Of a stretch of 64,000 nucleotides of DNA, positions 17,727 through 27,001 are shown piece by piece. The translations under genes were made by a program, and so were the position numbers. The DNA comes from Verrucomicrobiota bacterium (lineage in GTDB: Bacteria; Verrucomicrobiota; Verrucomicrobiia; Limisphaerales; JACPZS01), in assembly GCA_016195385.1 (NCBI GenBank), contig JACPZS010000039.1, forward strand, positions 32,507 through 96,506, in the 5' to 3' direction. Position 1 is the first letter of the stretch, and each line of letters opens with the position of its first letter. The notes under the pieces are model-generated. The model did not search any database and was not told the origin of the DNA. It saw only the letters and a program-made list of their open reading frames with translations.

Positions 17727-20438
17727 ATGAAATTGCAAAACTACTTTCTCACACTGTTGCTTATTTTTGTGGTTTGCCCCGGCGACACCACTGCTCAGGC
17801 GCAAGCTTCCGTCGCTGTAGCGGCGTGGGGAAACAACGATAGTGGCCAAACGACCGTGCCCGTCGCGGCGCAAAGTGGTGTGATGGCAATTGCAGCCGGA
17901 GCGCGTCACACCGTGGCCTTAAAGAGCGACGGCTCGGTCGTAGCGTGGGGACGTAACGACAGCGGCCAAGCGACAGTGCCCGTCGTGGCGCAAAGCGGGG
18001 TCACAGCGATTGCAGCAGGAGGCAACCACACCGTGGCCTTAAAGAACGACGGCTCGGTTGTGGCGTGGGGATGGAACGAAAACGGCCAAACGACCGTGCC
18101 CGTCGCGGCACAGAGTGGCGTTATAGCGATTGCAGCAGGAGACGCTCACAGCGTGGCCTTAAAGAGCGACGGCACCGTCGTGGCGTGGGGAGACAACAAT
18201 TCAGGCCAGGTTACAGCAGCTCCAACAACGAACGCTCCCTCTGCGACAGCAAGTCCAGTCACACTGAACGGCCAAGTCTTGAGCGGGGTGAAGGCGATTG
18301 CGGCCGGAGGTTATCACACCGTCGCCCTAAAAAGCGACGGCTCAGTGGTAGCTTGGGGACAAAACGACTCCGGCCAGGTCAATGGAACCACGTCACGGTC
18401 GTTTGCGATAGCGAATCCAGTCAGACTGCGTGGGCAGACCTTGGACACGGTGTTATTGAGTGGAGTGATTGCGATTGCGGCTGGCGAATGGCACACTGTC
18501 GCCTTGAGGAACGACGGCTCAGTAGTGGCTTGGGGACACAACAGTTACGATGAAACAACAGTACCCGTCACGGCACAAAGCGGAGTGGTGGCGATTGCGG
18601 CAGGCGGTTCCTACACAGTGGTTTTGAAGAGCGACGGAACAATTGTCGCATGGGGATATAATGAAAACGGCCAAATGATGGTGCCTATGGCGGCGCAGGG
18701 TAGAGTGACGGCGCTTGCTGCAGGCTGGTCTCACGTTGCGGCGCTCGTCATTCCAACTGCTCCCACCATCAACGTGTCTCCTGTGAGCTTGGCTGTAAGC
18801 GCGTGGCAAAGCCCCAGCTTTACCGTGACGGCCACCGGTTTCCCCCTTTACTACCGGTGGCGTAAAGACGGCGTAAATCTTGTGGGTGCGATGAACGCCA
18901 CTTACCGCCTGCCGTTCGCGCAGACGAATCATGCAGGCGAATATACCGTGGTGGTGAGCAATCCCGCCGGGAGTGTGACCAGCACCCCTCCGGCGGTGCT
19001 GACCGTGAACGCGAGCATTTCTCCAGGCACAGTCGTGGCGTGGGGAGAAAATGCTTCAGGCCAATTGGACGTACCAGTCGCGGCACAGAGCGGAGTGACG
19101 GCCATTTCGGCGGGAGGGATCCACTACTACGGCGATCGGTCGATTGGTTACAGCTTGGCCTTGAAGAACGACGGCTCAGTGGTGGCGTGGGGAACCACCA
19201 ATAATGCCTCGACCGGTCCAGACTTCCGCCAGTCGCAAGTGCCCGCTGCGGCCCAAAGCGGGGTGACGGCCATCTCGGCGGCAGACTTTCATGCCGCAGT
19301 TTTGAAGAATGACGGCACGGTGGTGGCATGGGGGGACAACCGTGCCGGCCAAGTGACAGGAATTCCAACATTCGACCAAGCAGGCGAGCCATATTTTCCG
19401 ATAGCAAGTCCCGTCACACTGAACGGCCAAGTGTTGAGAGGCGTGACGGCGATTGCGGCAGCAGGGCTTCACACGTTCGGCCTGGGCGGTTGGGGGCATA
19501 CAGTGGCCCTGAAAAAGGACGGAACGGTCGTTGCTTGGGGCCACAACGGCGGCGGACAGGTCACAGGAACTCCGACGACCAACGACCCTCCGGCTGCGAT
19601 CGCAAGTCCCGTCATATTGGACGGGCAGGTGTTGAGTAATATCACCGCGATCTCGGCGAGAGCAATTCACACTGTGGCATTGAAGAACGGCGGCACGGTG
19701 GTGGCTTGGGGCTTCAACACGCACGGACAAGTCACTGGAACTCCATCAACCAACAATGGAGCTGAAGTTGCAATCGCAAATCCAGTCATACTGGATGGCC
19801 AAGTCCTGAACGGCGTGAAAGAGATTTCGGCTGGAGCGTATCACACCGTGGCCTTGAAGTACGATGGCACAGTGGTGGCTTGGGGAGCCAACTTCTATGG
19901 CCAAGTGACAGGGACCCCAACGACTAACGAACCTTACTCCGCTATCGCAAGTCCAGTCACACTGGAAGGTCAGGTCTTGACCGGCGTGAAAACGATCGCG
20001 GCAGGTGGTTATTACACCGCGGCCTTGAAGAACGACGGCACGGTCGTGGCGTGGGGAGACAATGGTGTGGGCGAGATCACAGGGGCTACAACAACGAACA
20101 ACTTTGGGGGTTGGGGGAGTGCAATAGCGAATCCAGTCACACTAAGAGGTCAAGTCTTGAGCGGCGTGACGGCAATCGCGGCGAGTTACATTCACACCGT
20201 GGCTCTTCTCGGCAATGTCCCGCTGCTGCCCTCTCTAAATACTATGACCAGCGGCAATGAAATCATCATCTCCTGGCCCACGAATGCCGTCGGGTTCAGA
20301 CTGCAAGCAACGACCAGTTTGGTTCCACTGGTCAATTGGATCGATTACGCCAGTCCTTCTGCGGTTCATGGTGGGCAATTCACCGTCACAAATAGTCTTT
20401 CCGGCGACGCACGTTTTTTTCGGCTACTGAAGCGGTAA
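17727..20438 (+). CDS. Secreted RCC1-repeat protein (two propellers joined by an Ig domain)
   Basis: Repeated AIAAGxxHTVALKxDGxVVAWGxNxxGQ; Ig segment YRWRKDG...GEYTVVVSN; signal peptide after ATG 17727. Confidence 0.92.
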   Translation: MKLQNYFLTLLLIFVVCPGDTTAQAQASVAVAAWGNNDSGQTTVPVAAQSGVMAIAAGARHTVALKSDGSVVAWGRNDSGQATVPVVAQSGVTAIAAGGNHTVALKNDGSVVAWGWNENGQTTVPVAAQSGVIAIAAGDAHSVALKSDGTVVAWGDNNSGQVTAAPTTNAPSATASPVTLNGQVLSGVKAIAAGGYHTVALKSDGSVVAWGQNDSGQVNGTTSRSFAIANPVRLRGQTLDTVLLSGVIAIAAGEWHTVALRNDGSVVAWGHNSYDETTVPVTAQSGVVAIAAGGSYTVVLKSDGTIVAWGYNENGQMMVPMAAQGRVTALAAGWSHVAALVIPTAPTINVSPVSLAVSAWQSPSFTVTATGFPLYYRWRKDGVNLVGAMNATYRLPFAQTNHAGEYTVVVSNPAGSVTSTPPAVLTVNASISPGTVVAWGENASGQLDVPVAAQSGVTAISAGGIHYYGDRSIGYSLALKNDGSVVAWGTTNNASTGPDFRQSQVPAAAQSGVTAISAADFHAAVLKNDGTVVAWGDNRAGQVTGIPTFDQAGEPYFPIASPVTLNGQVLRGVTAIAAAGLHTFGLGGWGHTVALKKDGTVVAWGHNGGGQVTGTPTTNDPPAAIASPVILDGQVLSNITAISARAIHTVALKNGGTVVAWGFNTHGQVTGTPSTNNGAEVAIANPVILDGQVLNGVKEISAGAYHTVALKYDGTVVAWGANFYGQVTGTPTTNEPYSAIASPVTLEGQVLTGVKTIAAGGYYTAALKNDGTVVAWGDNGVGEITGATTTNNFGGWGSAIANPVTLRGQVLSGVTAIAASYIHTVALLGNVPLLPSLNTMTSGNEIIISWPTNAVGFRLQATTSLVPLVNWIDYASPSAVHGGQFTVTNSLSGDARFFRLLKR

Positions 20439-20505
20439 TTGATTCAATATGGAGAATCTCAGAACTGGTCTATGCACCATGTAAAGTCAGGCAACAATAC
20501 CGCGC

Positions 20506-22569
20506 TCATTTTTTGTGCCACAGTGATTTCAGCAGTTCTTCGAATCGCGTGTCCGACCGAAGACCGTCAAAGCTTGCGTCCGTGTATATCGCAATTGCGA
20601 AATCTGCTGGCACCTTTTCTTTCGCAAGCCGCAAGTATTCGATCGCTTTGTTCGGCTGATTTAGATGGGCGTGGATCGTTGCCAAACTCAAAAAGTTTTG
20701 GTTGTCGGCTTTGGAATTTTCCATTTCAAGTCGCCGTTGCCAATAACCTTCACGCCCTCCTTGCTTGAAAGCAGTTTCCAAAGCATCGAATTCTGCTTTC
20801 ACCTGCTTCGGATTTTCGCCGCTCTCCAATGCCGACTGTCTTCCTAAGCGGATGGAATTTGTATAGTCGCCTTTCGCTAGATAAAATTGGGACTGCGCGT
20901 AATGCGGCGAGTCAACGCCATCCTTGAGCCAAGACTTCGAATTGTCGTACAATTCGATGGCGCGGTCATATTCTCGGCACCAACCATAAACAAATCCCGA
21001 GTAAATTGTGCGAAGCTTTGAAGGAGTATGTCGGCCAACGTCGATGGCCTTCCTCAACTCCGCCAGCGCTTCCTTGGTGCGGCCCAGGGAGGCAAAATTC
21101 AGAGCAGCAACTAAAAGGACTTGTTCTGAATCCGGACTTAATTTGATTGCGAGTCTGTTTTCTCTTTCGGCGGCTACAAAATCCAAAGCGAATACGTTAG
21201 CCGCCGCGAATGCGGAGCGGGCAAGACCGGATCGCGGATCCAGCAGCACGGCTTTTTTTGCCGCCTCTTGTCCATTCCGGTTGCTCGTCTGACTTGGAAT
21301 CGAAAACCATGCGTCCGCCAATTGGGCATACGCGTCAGCAAACATGGGATCCCACTCGGTTGCTTTTTCAAAATGCTTGATCGCCTCTGCTGCATTGAGA
21401 TTGAGATGTAATTCGTCGTATCCCCTAACGTACTCCACGTTGGCTTCGACAACGGGTGATCTCTTGAAATCGGACGAGCGTGGTGCCCGAAAGGTCAGCG
21501 AATAGACGATCGCCGATACTACCGCGAGGCCGGCCAATGCCGCCGCAAGTTTCGTCGCAAGATGTTTAGTTCGCTGCCAGGCCCGCCGCTGTTTCACCGA
21601 GCGGCCAGCGTTCAGCAGTTCCAAGTCGGCGTGCAGTTCTTCGGCGTTCGTGTAGCGGTCCCGCGCATTGGAAGCACACGCTTTGACGATGATTTCGTTC
21701 AATTCGAGCAAGGCATCACGCTCCGGCACGTCGGGCCAGCCGAGCGGGAGGTCGGGAAAGTCGCGACGGTCGCGGCCCATCGCGGCTTCGTAGAGTACCT
21801 TGCCCAGCGCGTAGAGATCGGCTTGCGGCGTGCCGGGGCCTTCGGGCGCGAGGTAGCCTTCGGTGCCGACTATCGAGCGTGCGTCGTCGCCGGTGGCCGC
21901 GTGCGTCACGAGGCCGATGTCCGCCAGCTTGGGCCGTCCGCCGACGAAGATGATGTTCGACGGTTTCACGTCGCGATGCACGAGTCCTTGCGCGTGCAGG
22001 TGCGCGAGCGCGTGCGTTAGCGAGAGGCCGATTTCGATGACGCGCACGACGGACAGGCGGCCACGCTGCTTCAAGTCATGGCGGAGAGTGTGGGGGACGT
22101 ACAATGACGAATCACGAACATTGAATGATGAAGGAAGTCCGAAGTCCAAAGCTCGAAGATTGCTATTTGTAGTTGCGTGTTCGGCATTGGAGATTTGGGT
22201 TTCTTTCGGATTTCGACCTTCGTCATTCGGGTTTGGCACCGTGTCGGCCAGTTCCATCACATAGTAGAAGTGGCTGTCGTCAGGCGCGCGGCCGACGTGG
22301 AGGATGGCGACCTGGCTGGGATCGGAGCGGGAGATGGGTTCGTAGCGGCGTATGCCGGCGAATTCACGCTCGAACGGGCGCGGGTCGTCGCCGAACACGT
22401 CGCGCCGGACAATTTTCACCGCGCGAAATTCGCCGAGGACGGTTCGCGCGAGCCAGACTTCGCCGTACGCGCCGACACCGATGCAGCGGATCAAAGCGTG
22501 ATCCGGGACTTGCGGTGGAACTCGCCCGGCAAATGAAGCAACGTCTGGCGGTGCCTCCAGTGGTTTCAT
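20506..22569 (-). CDS. Membrane Ser/Thr protein kinase with C-terminal TPR-like region
   Basis: IGVGAYGEV, RAVK, HRDVKPSN, ADIGLV, GTEGYLAPE; one TM, then helical repeats. Confidence 0.93.
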   Translation of the reverse strand: MKPLEAPPDVASFAGRVPPQVPDHALIRCIGVGAYGEVWLARTVLGEFRAVKIVRRDVFGDDPRPFEREFAGIRRYEPISRSDPSQVAILHVGRAPDDSHFYYVMELADTVPNPNDEGRNPKETQISNAEHATTNSNLRALDFGLPSSFNVRDSSLYVPHTLRHDLKQRGRLSVVRVIEIGLSLTHALAHLHAQGLVHRDVKPSNIIFVGGRPKLADIGLVTHAATGDDARSIVGTEGYLAPEGPGTPQADLYALGKVLYEAAMGRDRRDFPDLPLGWPDVPERDALLELNEIIVKACASNARDRYTNAEELHADLELLNAGRSVKQRRAWQRTKHLATKLAAALAGLAVVSAIVYSLTFRAPRSSDFKRSPVVEANVEYVRGYDELHLNLNAAEAIKHFEKATEWDPMFADAYAQLADAWFSIPSQTSNRNGQEAAKKAVLLDPRSGLARSAFAAANVFALDFVAAERENRLAIKLSPDSEQVLLVAALNFASLGRTKEALAELRKAIDVGRHTPSKLRTIYSGFVYGWCREYDRAIELYDNSKSWLKDGVDSPHYAQSQFYLAKGDYTNSIRLGRQSALESGENPKQVKAEFDALETAFKQGGREGYWQRRLEMENSKADNQNFLSLATIHAHLNQPNKAIEYLRLAKEKVPADFAIAIYTDASFDGLRSDTRFEELLKSLWHKK
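22103..22227. repeat. Palindromic heptamer-based repeat element inside the kinase CDS
   Basis: Terminal inverted repeat AATGACGAA (22103-22111) / TTCGTCATT (22219-22227); arms built from NNNNGAA heptamers. Confidence 0.7.
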
Positions 22570-22623
22570 GCACGCTCACCTTATTTTTCCGGCGGCTTGT
22601 TTGCGAGCACAAACGCGATACGC

Positions 22624-23649
22624 CTACAAAGGCTTTGGCGATAAGATTTTTCCCGCCGCTTGCCTGACCAATTCCATCAACTCAGTCGGCCGCACAACGG
22701 TGGCGTTGCCGCCCCAACTCAGGATCCAGCGCTGCACTTCCAGCAGGCCAGAGAGTTTCAACGTGAGTTCCACGCCGCCGTCCTTGAGTTCGCGCAGCCG
22801 CTGCGAGGCGTGCCATTTTTTTTCGCGGATGAAATCAGCCACGCTCGCGTCGAAGCGGATGACAACTTCGTGTTCTTCCTGGCCGGAGTGAACCCCAAAA
22901 CTGTCGCGAAGCTGGCGCTCCAAAGAAAATTTTTCGGGCCGCGAGAATTTCTCCCCCGTTGGCTCGACCGCCAGAATGCGCGCCGGCACAAAGGTTCGAA
23001 TGGCTTTGCGCAAATGATCAAACGCGAAAAGGAACCACTCGCCATTGATGTTGGCCAGGTGATAAGGATCGACGATGCGGTCCTCGGTCTCGCGCCGGCC
23101 GGGTTTGCGATAGATCAACTTTAGCTGCTGCCGGCGAACGGTGGCTTTGGCGAGTGCATCAAAGTTCTGTAGATTCAGAATTGGCTCGGCGCTTGTGCGA
23201 AAACTGATCGTCTTTTCCCAGTCCGAGAGATTCAACGAAATGGTGTCAGGCAACGACGCGGCCATTTTTTTGAAGGCACTGAGCAGCGGCTTTTCAAAAT
23301 TGGTGCCGCGATATTGTTGGAGCGCTTTTTCCGCGACGAGCAGCGCGAAGAGTTCGCCTTCGGTGATTTGCAGCGTCGGAAAGGAACTGACTTCCTGCGT
23401 GTAGAAATAGCCGTTGCGCCGTGAATCAAACTCGACGGGCAATTGGAGCCGGTCGCGCATGAATTCGAGGTCGCGATGGATGGACTTGGTGCTGACTTCG
23501 AGTTCGCGCGCCAGCGTCACCGCGTTCGGATTGCCGCCCGCCTGGACGGCTTGATGAATGCGGAGCATCCGCTCCAAGGGGGGGCGGGTGAGTGGAAGCG
23601 ATCCGGCTGTTGGCGCTCGCTTCTTCATGCGAGGCGAGGGGACGCGCAA
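22624..23649 (-). CDS. HTH-WYL-WCX transcriptional regulator (PafB/C-like)
   Basis: LARELEVSTKSIHRDLEFMRD HTH; RIVDPYHL..GEWFLFAFD WYL; RWILSWG. Start may be 23628. Confidence 0.92.
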   Translation of the reverse strand: MRVPSPRMKKRAPTAGSLPLTRPPLERMLRIHQAVQAGGNPNAVTLARELEVSTKSIHRDLEFMRDRLQLPVEFDSRRNGYFYTQEVSSFPTLQITEGELFALLVAEKALQQYRGTNFEKPLLSAFKKMAASLPDTISLNLSDWEKTISFRTSAEPILNLQNFDALAKATVRRQQLKLIYRKPGRRETEDRIVDPYHLANINGEWFLFAFDHLRKAIRTFVPARILAVEPTGEKFSRPEKFSLERQLRDSFGVHSGQEEHEVVIRFDASVADFIREKKWHASQRLRELKDGGVELTLKLSGLLEVQRWILSWGGNATVVRPTELMELVRQAAGKILSPKPL

Positions 23650-23652
23650 CGG

Positions 23653-24783
23653 CTAGTTGCCGAGTTTGAGCAGGAGTTCGTCGTTGGTCTTGTGCTTCTT
23701 GAGCGCGGCCAGCAACGTCTCCATCGCTTCGACGGGATTGAGATCGACCATCATCCGGCGAAGTTTGCGAATGGCTTCGAGATTTTTGGGCGCGAAGAGT
23801 TTTTCTTCTTTGCGCGTGCCGCTCTTCGGGATGTCGATGGCGGGGAACAAACGTCGATCCGACAGCTTGCGGTCAAGGATCAACTCCATGTTGCCGGTGC
23901 CTTTGAACTCCTGAAAAATCAGTTCGTCCATGCGCGACCCGGTATCCACCAACGCGGTGGCGAGAATCGTGAGCGAACCGCCCTCCTCGACTTTGCGCGC
24001 CGAGGCGAACATTTTGCGCGGGATTTCCAGTGCGCGCGCGTCCACACCGCCAGTCATCGTACGGCCGCTGCCGCCGTGAACGCTGTTGTAGGCGCGGGCG
24101 ACGCGCGTGATGGAGTCGAGCAAAATAAAAACGTCTTTGCCGCATTCCACCATGCGGCGGCAGCGCTCGATCATGAAGCGCGAAAGGCGAACGTGCGTTT
24201 CCAGATCCTGATCGTTGGATGACGCGACGACTTCGGCTTTCACGGAACGTTGGAAATCGGTGACTTCCTCCGGGCGTTCGTCGATGAGCAGAACCATGAC
24301 GTAAACGTCCGGATGATTCGCGGTCACCGCGTTGGCGATCTGTTTGAGAATGGTGGTCTTGCCGGTGCGCGGCGGCGCGACGATGAGGCCGCGGGTGCCT
24401 TTGCCGATGGGCGTGACGAGGTCGATGACGCGCGTTTCCAAAATGTCGGGCGCGGTTTCGAGATTGAATTTCTGAATCGGGTCGATGGTGGTGAGATTTT
24501 CAAACCGCGTCGAGCGCGTGTAGTCCTCAAACGCCATGTCGTTGACCTTCTCGACTTCTTTCAGTTGCGGACTGCTGCCGCGATGCGGCGGTTGGAGCGT
24601 ACCGCCGACCAGGCAGCCTTCGCGCAGGAAGCAGCGCTTGATCGTGTCCGGCGTGACAAAAATATCGGTCGGTTTTGGCTGGAAACGAGTTTCGGGCGAG
24701 CGCAGGAAGCCAAAACCCTTTTCGGAAATTTCCAGATAGCCCGAACCGTAATTGGGCGTTCCACCATTGTTGCTATTACTCAT
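23653..24783 (-). CDS. rho: Transcription termination factor Rho (short form)
   Basis: GFGFLR RNA-binding motif, APPRTGKT Walker A, LIDERPEEVTD, LDSITR, EFKGTGNMEL, SGTRKEE. Confidence 0.97.
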   Translation of the reverse strand: MSNSNNGGTPNYGSGYLEISEKGFGFLRSPETRFQPKPTDIFVTPDTIKRCFLREGCLVGGTLQPPHRGSSPQLKEVEKVNDMAFEDYTRSTRFENLTTIDPIQKFNLETAPDILETRVIDLVTPIGKGTRGLIVAPPRTGKTTILKQIANAVTANHPDVYVMVLLIDERPEEVTDFQRSVKAEVVASSNDQDLETHVRLSRFMIERCRRMVECGKDVFILLDSITRVARAYNSVHGGSGRTMTGGVDARALEIPRKMFASARKVEEGGSLTILATALVDTGSRMDELIFQEFKGTGNMELILDRKLSDRRLFPAIDIPKSGTRKEEKLFAPKNLEAIRKLRRMMVDLNPVEAMETLLAALKKHKTNDELLLKLGN

Positions 24784-24836
24784 AATATATCGAACTTGAC
24801 GAAATCATTGCCGGACTGAAATCAGAAGCGGCCCGG

Positions 24837-24856
24837 AAAAAAGCTCAACGAGCTTT
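24837..24856 (-). terminator. Terminator-like hairpin in the rho leader
   Basis: Minus strand AAAGCTC-GTT-GAGCTTT-TTT, about 55 nt upstream of the rho ATG. Confidence 0.4.
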
Positions 24857-25054
24857 GAAAGTTTTTGGGAAAACCGGTGACTCGAACGTTACGAAACCCA
24901 ACTCCGCACACCGTTGTTTCATCCGCCTTTCGGACGAACGACAGGCCATTTCTAAGAGCAAACCGCCGGGAACGCAATAAATAATTTTTCCGGGCTGTGC
25001 CGTTTTCAAAAGCGGCAGTAATTTTTTCACCACAAATTCCGGGTCGCGGCTCGC

Positions 25055-25891
25055 TCAACGTGTGTCCGTCCGCAATGAAAGCGGTTCCGTTCCAGCCGAA
25101 CTGTTGGCGCGAGGACCCGACGCCGACGGGCAGCCGTGTTCGCTGGCGAGCGCGCAAACCCGTCGATGCAGTTCGCCGGCGAGTTCCTTGCGACCAACTC
25201 CAACTGGCGCCAGCGCCTCGCCATAGGCGACGAACGCGCGAATTCGTTTTTTGGAAAACAGATTGAGCAAGTGCGGCCCAAAGGTCATGTCCCCCCAGTA
25301 ACACACCTCCTCTTCGACCGAGCCGTCCTCGATCACGTAACTGATCCGCGCAGGTGACACCCGCCAGCCGTTGGCAGCGGCCGGCTCCAGCAGCGAAGAA
25401 CGGAAAGGCAGAACTTGCCGTCCATCGCTGCTCGTGCCTTCGGGAAAAATCGCCACCACCGCTCCCTGCGCAATCAAGGGAACAAAAGCCTCCGCCACCC
25501 GCGCCACGTCCGATCTTTGCTCGCGCCGCAAAAACAAAGTTCCCGCGCACGCGGTCAACGGGCCGATGATCGGCCACTGGCGGACATCAGCTTTGGAGAC
25601 GAACACCACCGGCTGCCGTTGGCCGAGCACCATGATGTCCAGGTAACTGAGATGGTTACAGACGAGCATTCCCTCCGCAGGCGGCTCGCCGGCGTAAGTG
25701 ACCGTGACGTTCAGCCCGCGCAAAATCCGCGCCGAGGAGCGCCCCAGCCAAGCCGTGCGTTCATGCAGCAAAGCGGAGCGGTTGCGCACCCAGATGAGAA
25801 AAAAATAATCCAGCGCGGCCACGCCCAGCGCGCCGCAAAGTTGCAGACATCGAAACCCAACGCGGAACGGATAACGGCGAAGCCCACTCAT
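25055..25891 (-). CDS. olsA: Lyso-ornithine lipid / lysophospholipid O-acyltransferase
   Basis: NHLSYLD, FVSKADV, FPEGTSSDG; downstream of an OlsB-like gene. Confidence 0.8.
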   Translation of the reverse strand: MSGLRRYPFRVGFRCLQLCGALGVAALDYFFLIWVRNRSALLHERTAWLGRSSARILRGLNVTVTYAGEPPAEGMLVCNHLSYLDIMVLGQRQPVVFVSKADVRQWPIIGPLTACAGTLFLRREQRSDVARVAEAFVPLIAQGAVVAIFPEGTSSDGRQVLPFRSSLLEPAAANGWRVSPARISYVIEDGSVEEEVCYWGDMTFGPHLLNLFSKKRIRAFVAYGEALAPVGVGRKELAGELHRRVCALASEHGCPSASGPRANSSAGTEPLSLRTDTR

Positions 25892-25966
25892 CGCCGGTCG
25901 TAAAAAACCGTCGCACAAGCCTTGCGAAAGTAACCGGCCAGAAGTTTCATTCCGATGCGCAATGAA

Positions 25967-26776
25967 TTAACTCAGATAACGTTCGACGATGCGCGGCGGA
26001 AGCGATTGCAAGTCGAGCAAGGTAAGGAAATCAATCGTCTTAAATTCACGGTCGATGGCTGGAGGCCCGCAGATTTTAGCACCGATGGAAAGATACGCGG
26101 ATAAAAGTTTCGGGACTTTAGGCGCCAGCGGCGCCAGGCGCTCCAACGGGCAGGCAAATTCCGTCCGCGGCCGCGTCCGCAATTCTTCAGGCGCAAGCCG
26201 GGTACGCGAGAGTTCGGCGAACATCGACGCGCCCACAAGGGGATCTTGCGACGTCAGCGAACTGCAACCAATCAAGTAGCGTCCGCCACGTTCACGGGCG
26301 TAGGCGGCGATGCCCTTCCACAACAAGCCGAGCACGGCGAGGTTGCGGTGCTCGCTGTGAACACAAGCGCGGCCGAGTTCGATCAATTCGCCACGAATCG
26401 GCTCGAACGGAGCGAAGTCAAATTCCTGCGAACTGTAGTAGCCGCGTTTGGCAGCGGCCGTCCGCCCCGTTTGCAAGCGATAAGTCCCCACGATTTCGTG
26501 CGTGGGCAGGTGTTCGACCAGAAGGTGTTCGCAAACTTCATCGAACGGATCGGCGTCCAGGCATGTGGCGAAGGATTGTTCCAGGCCCTCGTTCAATTCG
26601 ATGTTGAAGACCAGAAAGCGGAGCGACTGCGCCGCGCGCACTTCATCCGGGCGGCTGGCCAAGCGGCTCGCGTAAAGCTGTGGCGTGCCGGCCCGCGCCA
26701 GGATGCGATCCCCCACGCTTGACTCCGGCATCACAATTGGATTGGTCTTCATGGCGGCCGGATTATTCACGGCCAT
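25967..26776 (-). CDS. olsB: GNAT N-acyltransferase (ornithine lipid synthesis)
   Basis: QSLRFLVF, DADPFD, VGTYRL, IELGRACV, YLIGCSS, PAIDREF. Start uncertain (track ORF extends to 26950). Confidence 0.8.
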   Translation of the reverse strand: MAVNNPAAMKTNPIVMPESSVGDRILARAGTPQLYASRLASRPDEVRAAQSLRFLVFNIELNEGLEQSFATCLDADPFDEVCEHLLVEHLPTHEIVGTYRLQTGRTAAAKRGYYSSQEFDFAPFEPIRGELIELGRACVHSEHRNLAVLGLLWKGIAAYARERGGRYLIGCSSLTSQDPLVGASMFAELSRTRLAPEELRTRPRTEFACPLERLAPLAPKVPKLLSAYLSIGAKICGPPAIDREFKTIDFLTLLDLQSLPPRIVERYLS

Positions 26777-27001
26777 TGATTTCGATTGCTTGAATTGATC
26801 GACCGGACCACGCGTTAAGTTCAGCCATGCCCCGGGCCATCGCTCCGACATATCTCGCGACCACGACTCGGAATCAAGCCCGGATTTGCATCCGGCGTGA
26901 CAGCCGCGTGAAATTTTGGTTCCGCCGTGGCTTCGGAAACGCAGCCACATACGAGTCGGACGAAGCCTTCGCCACGCAGACGCGCGTGTCGTTATCGCGG
27001 T

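Noticed and set aside
17727-20438. Internal repeats as a diversity-generating retroelement
   Set aside because: No reverse transcriptase and no adenine-specific template/variable pair; ordinary protein repeats explain them.
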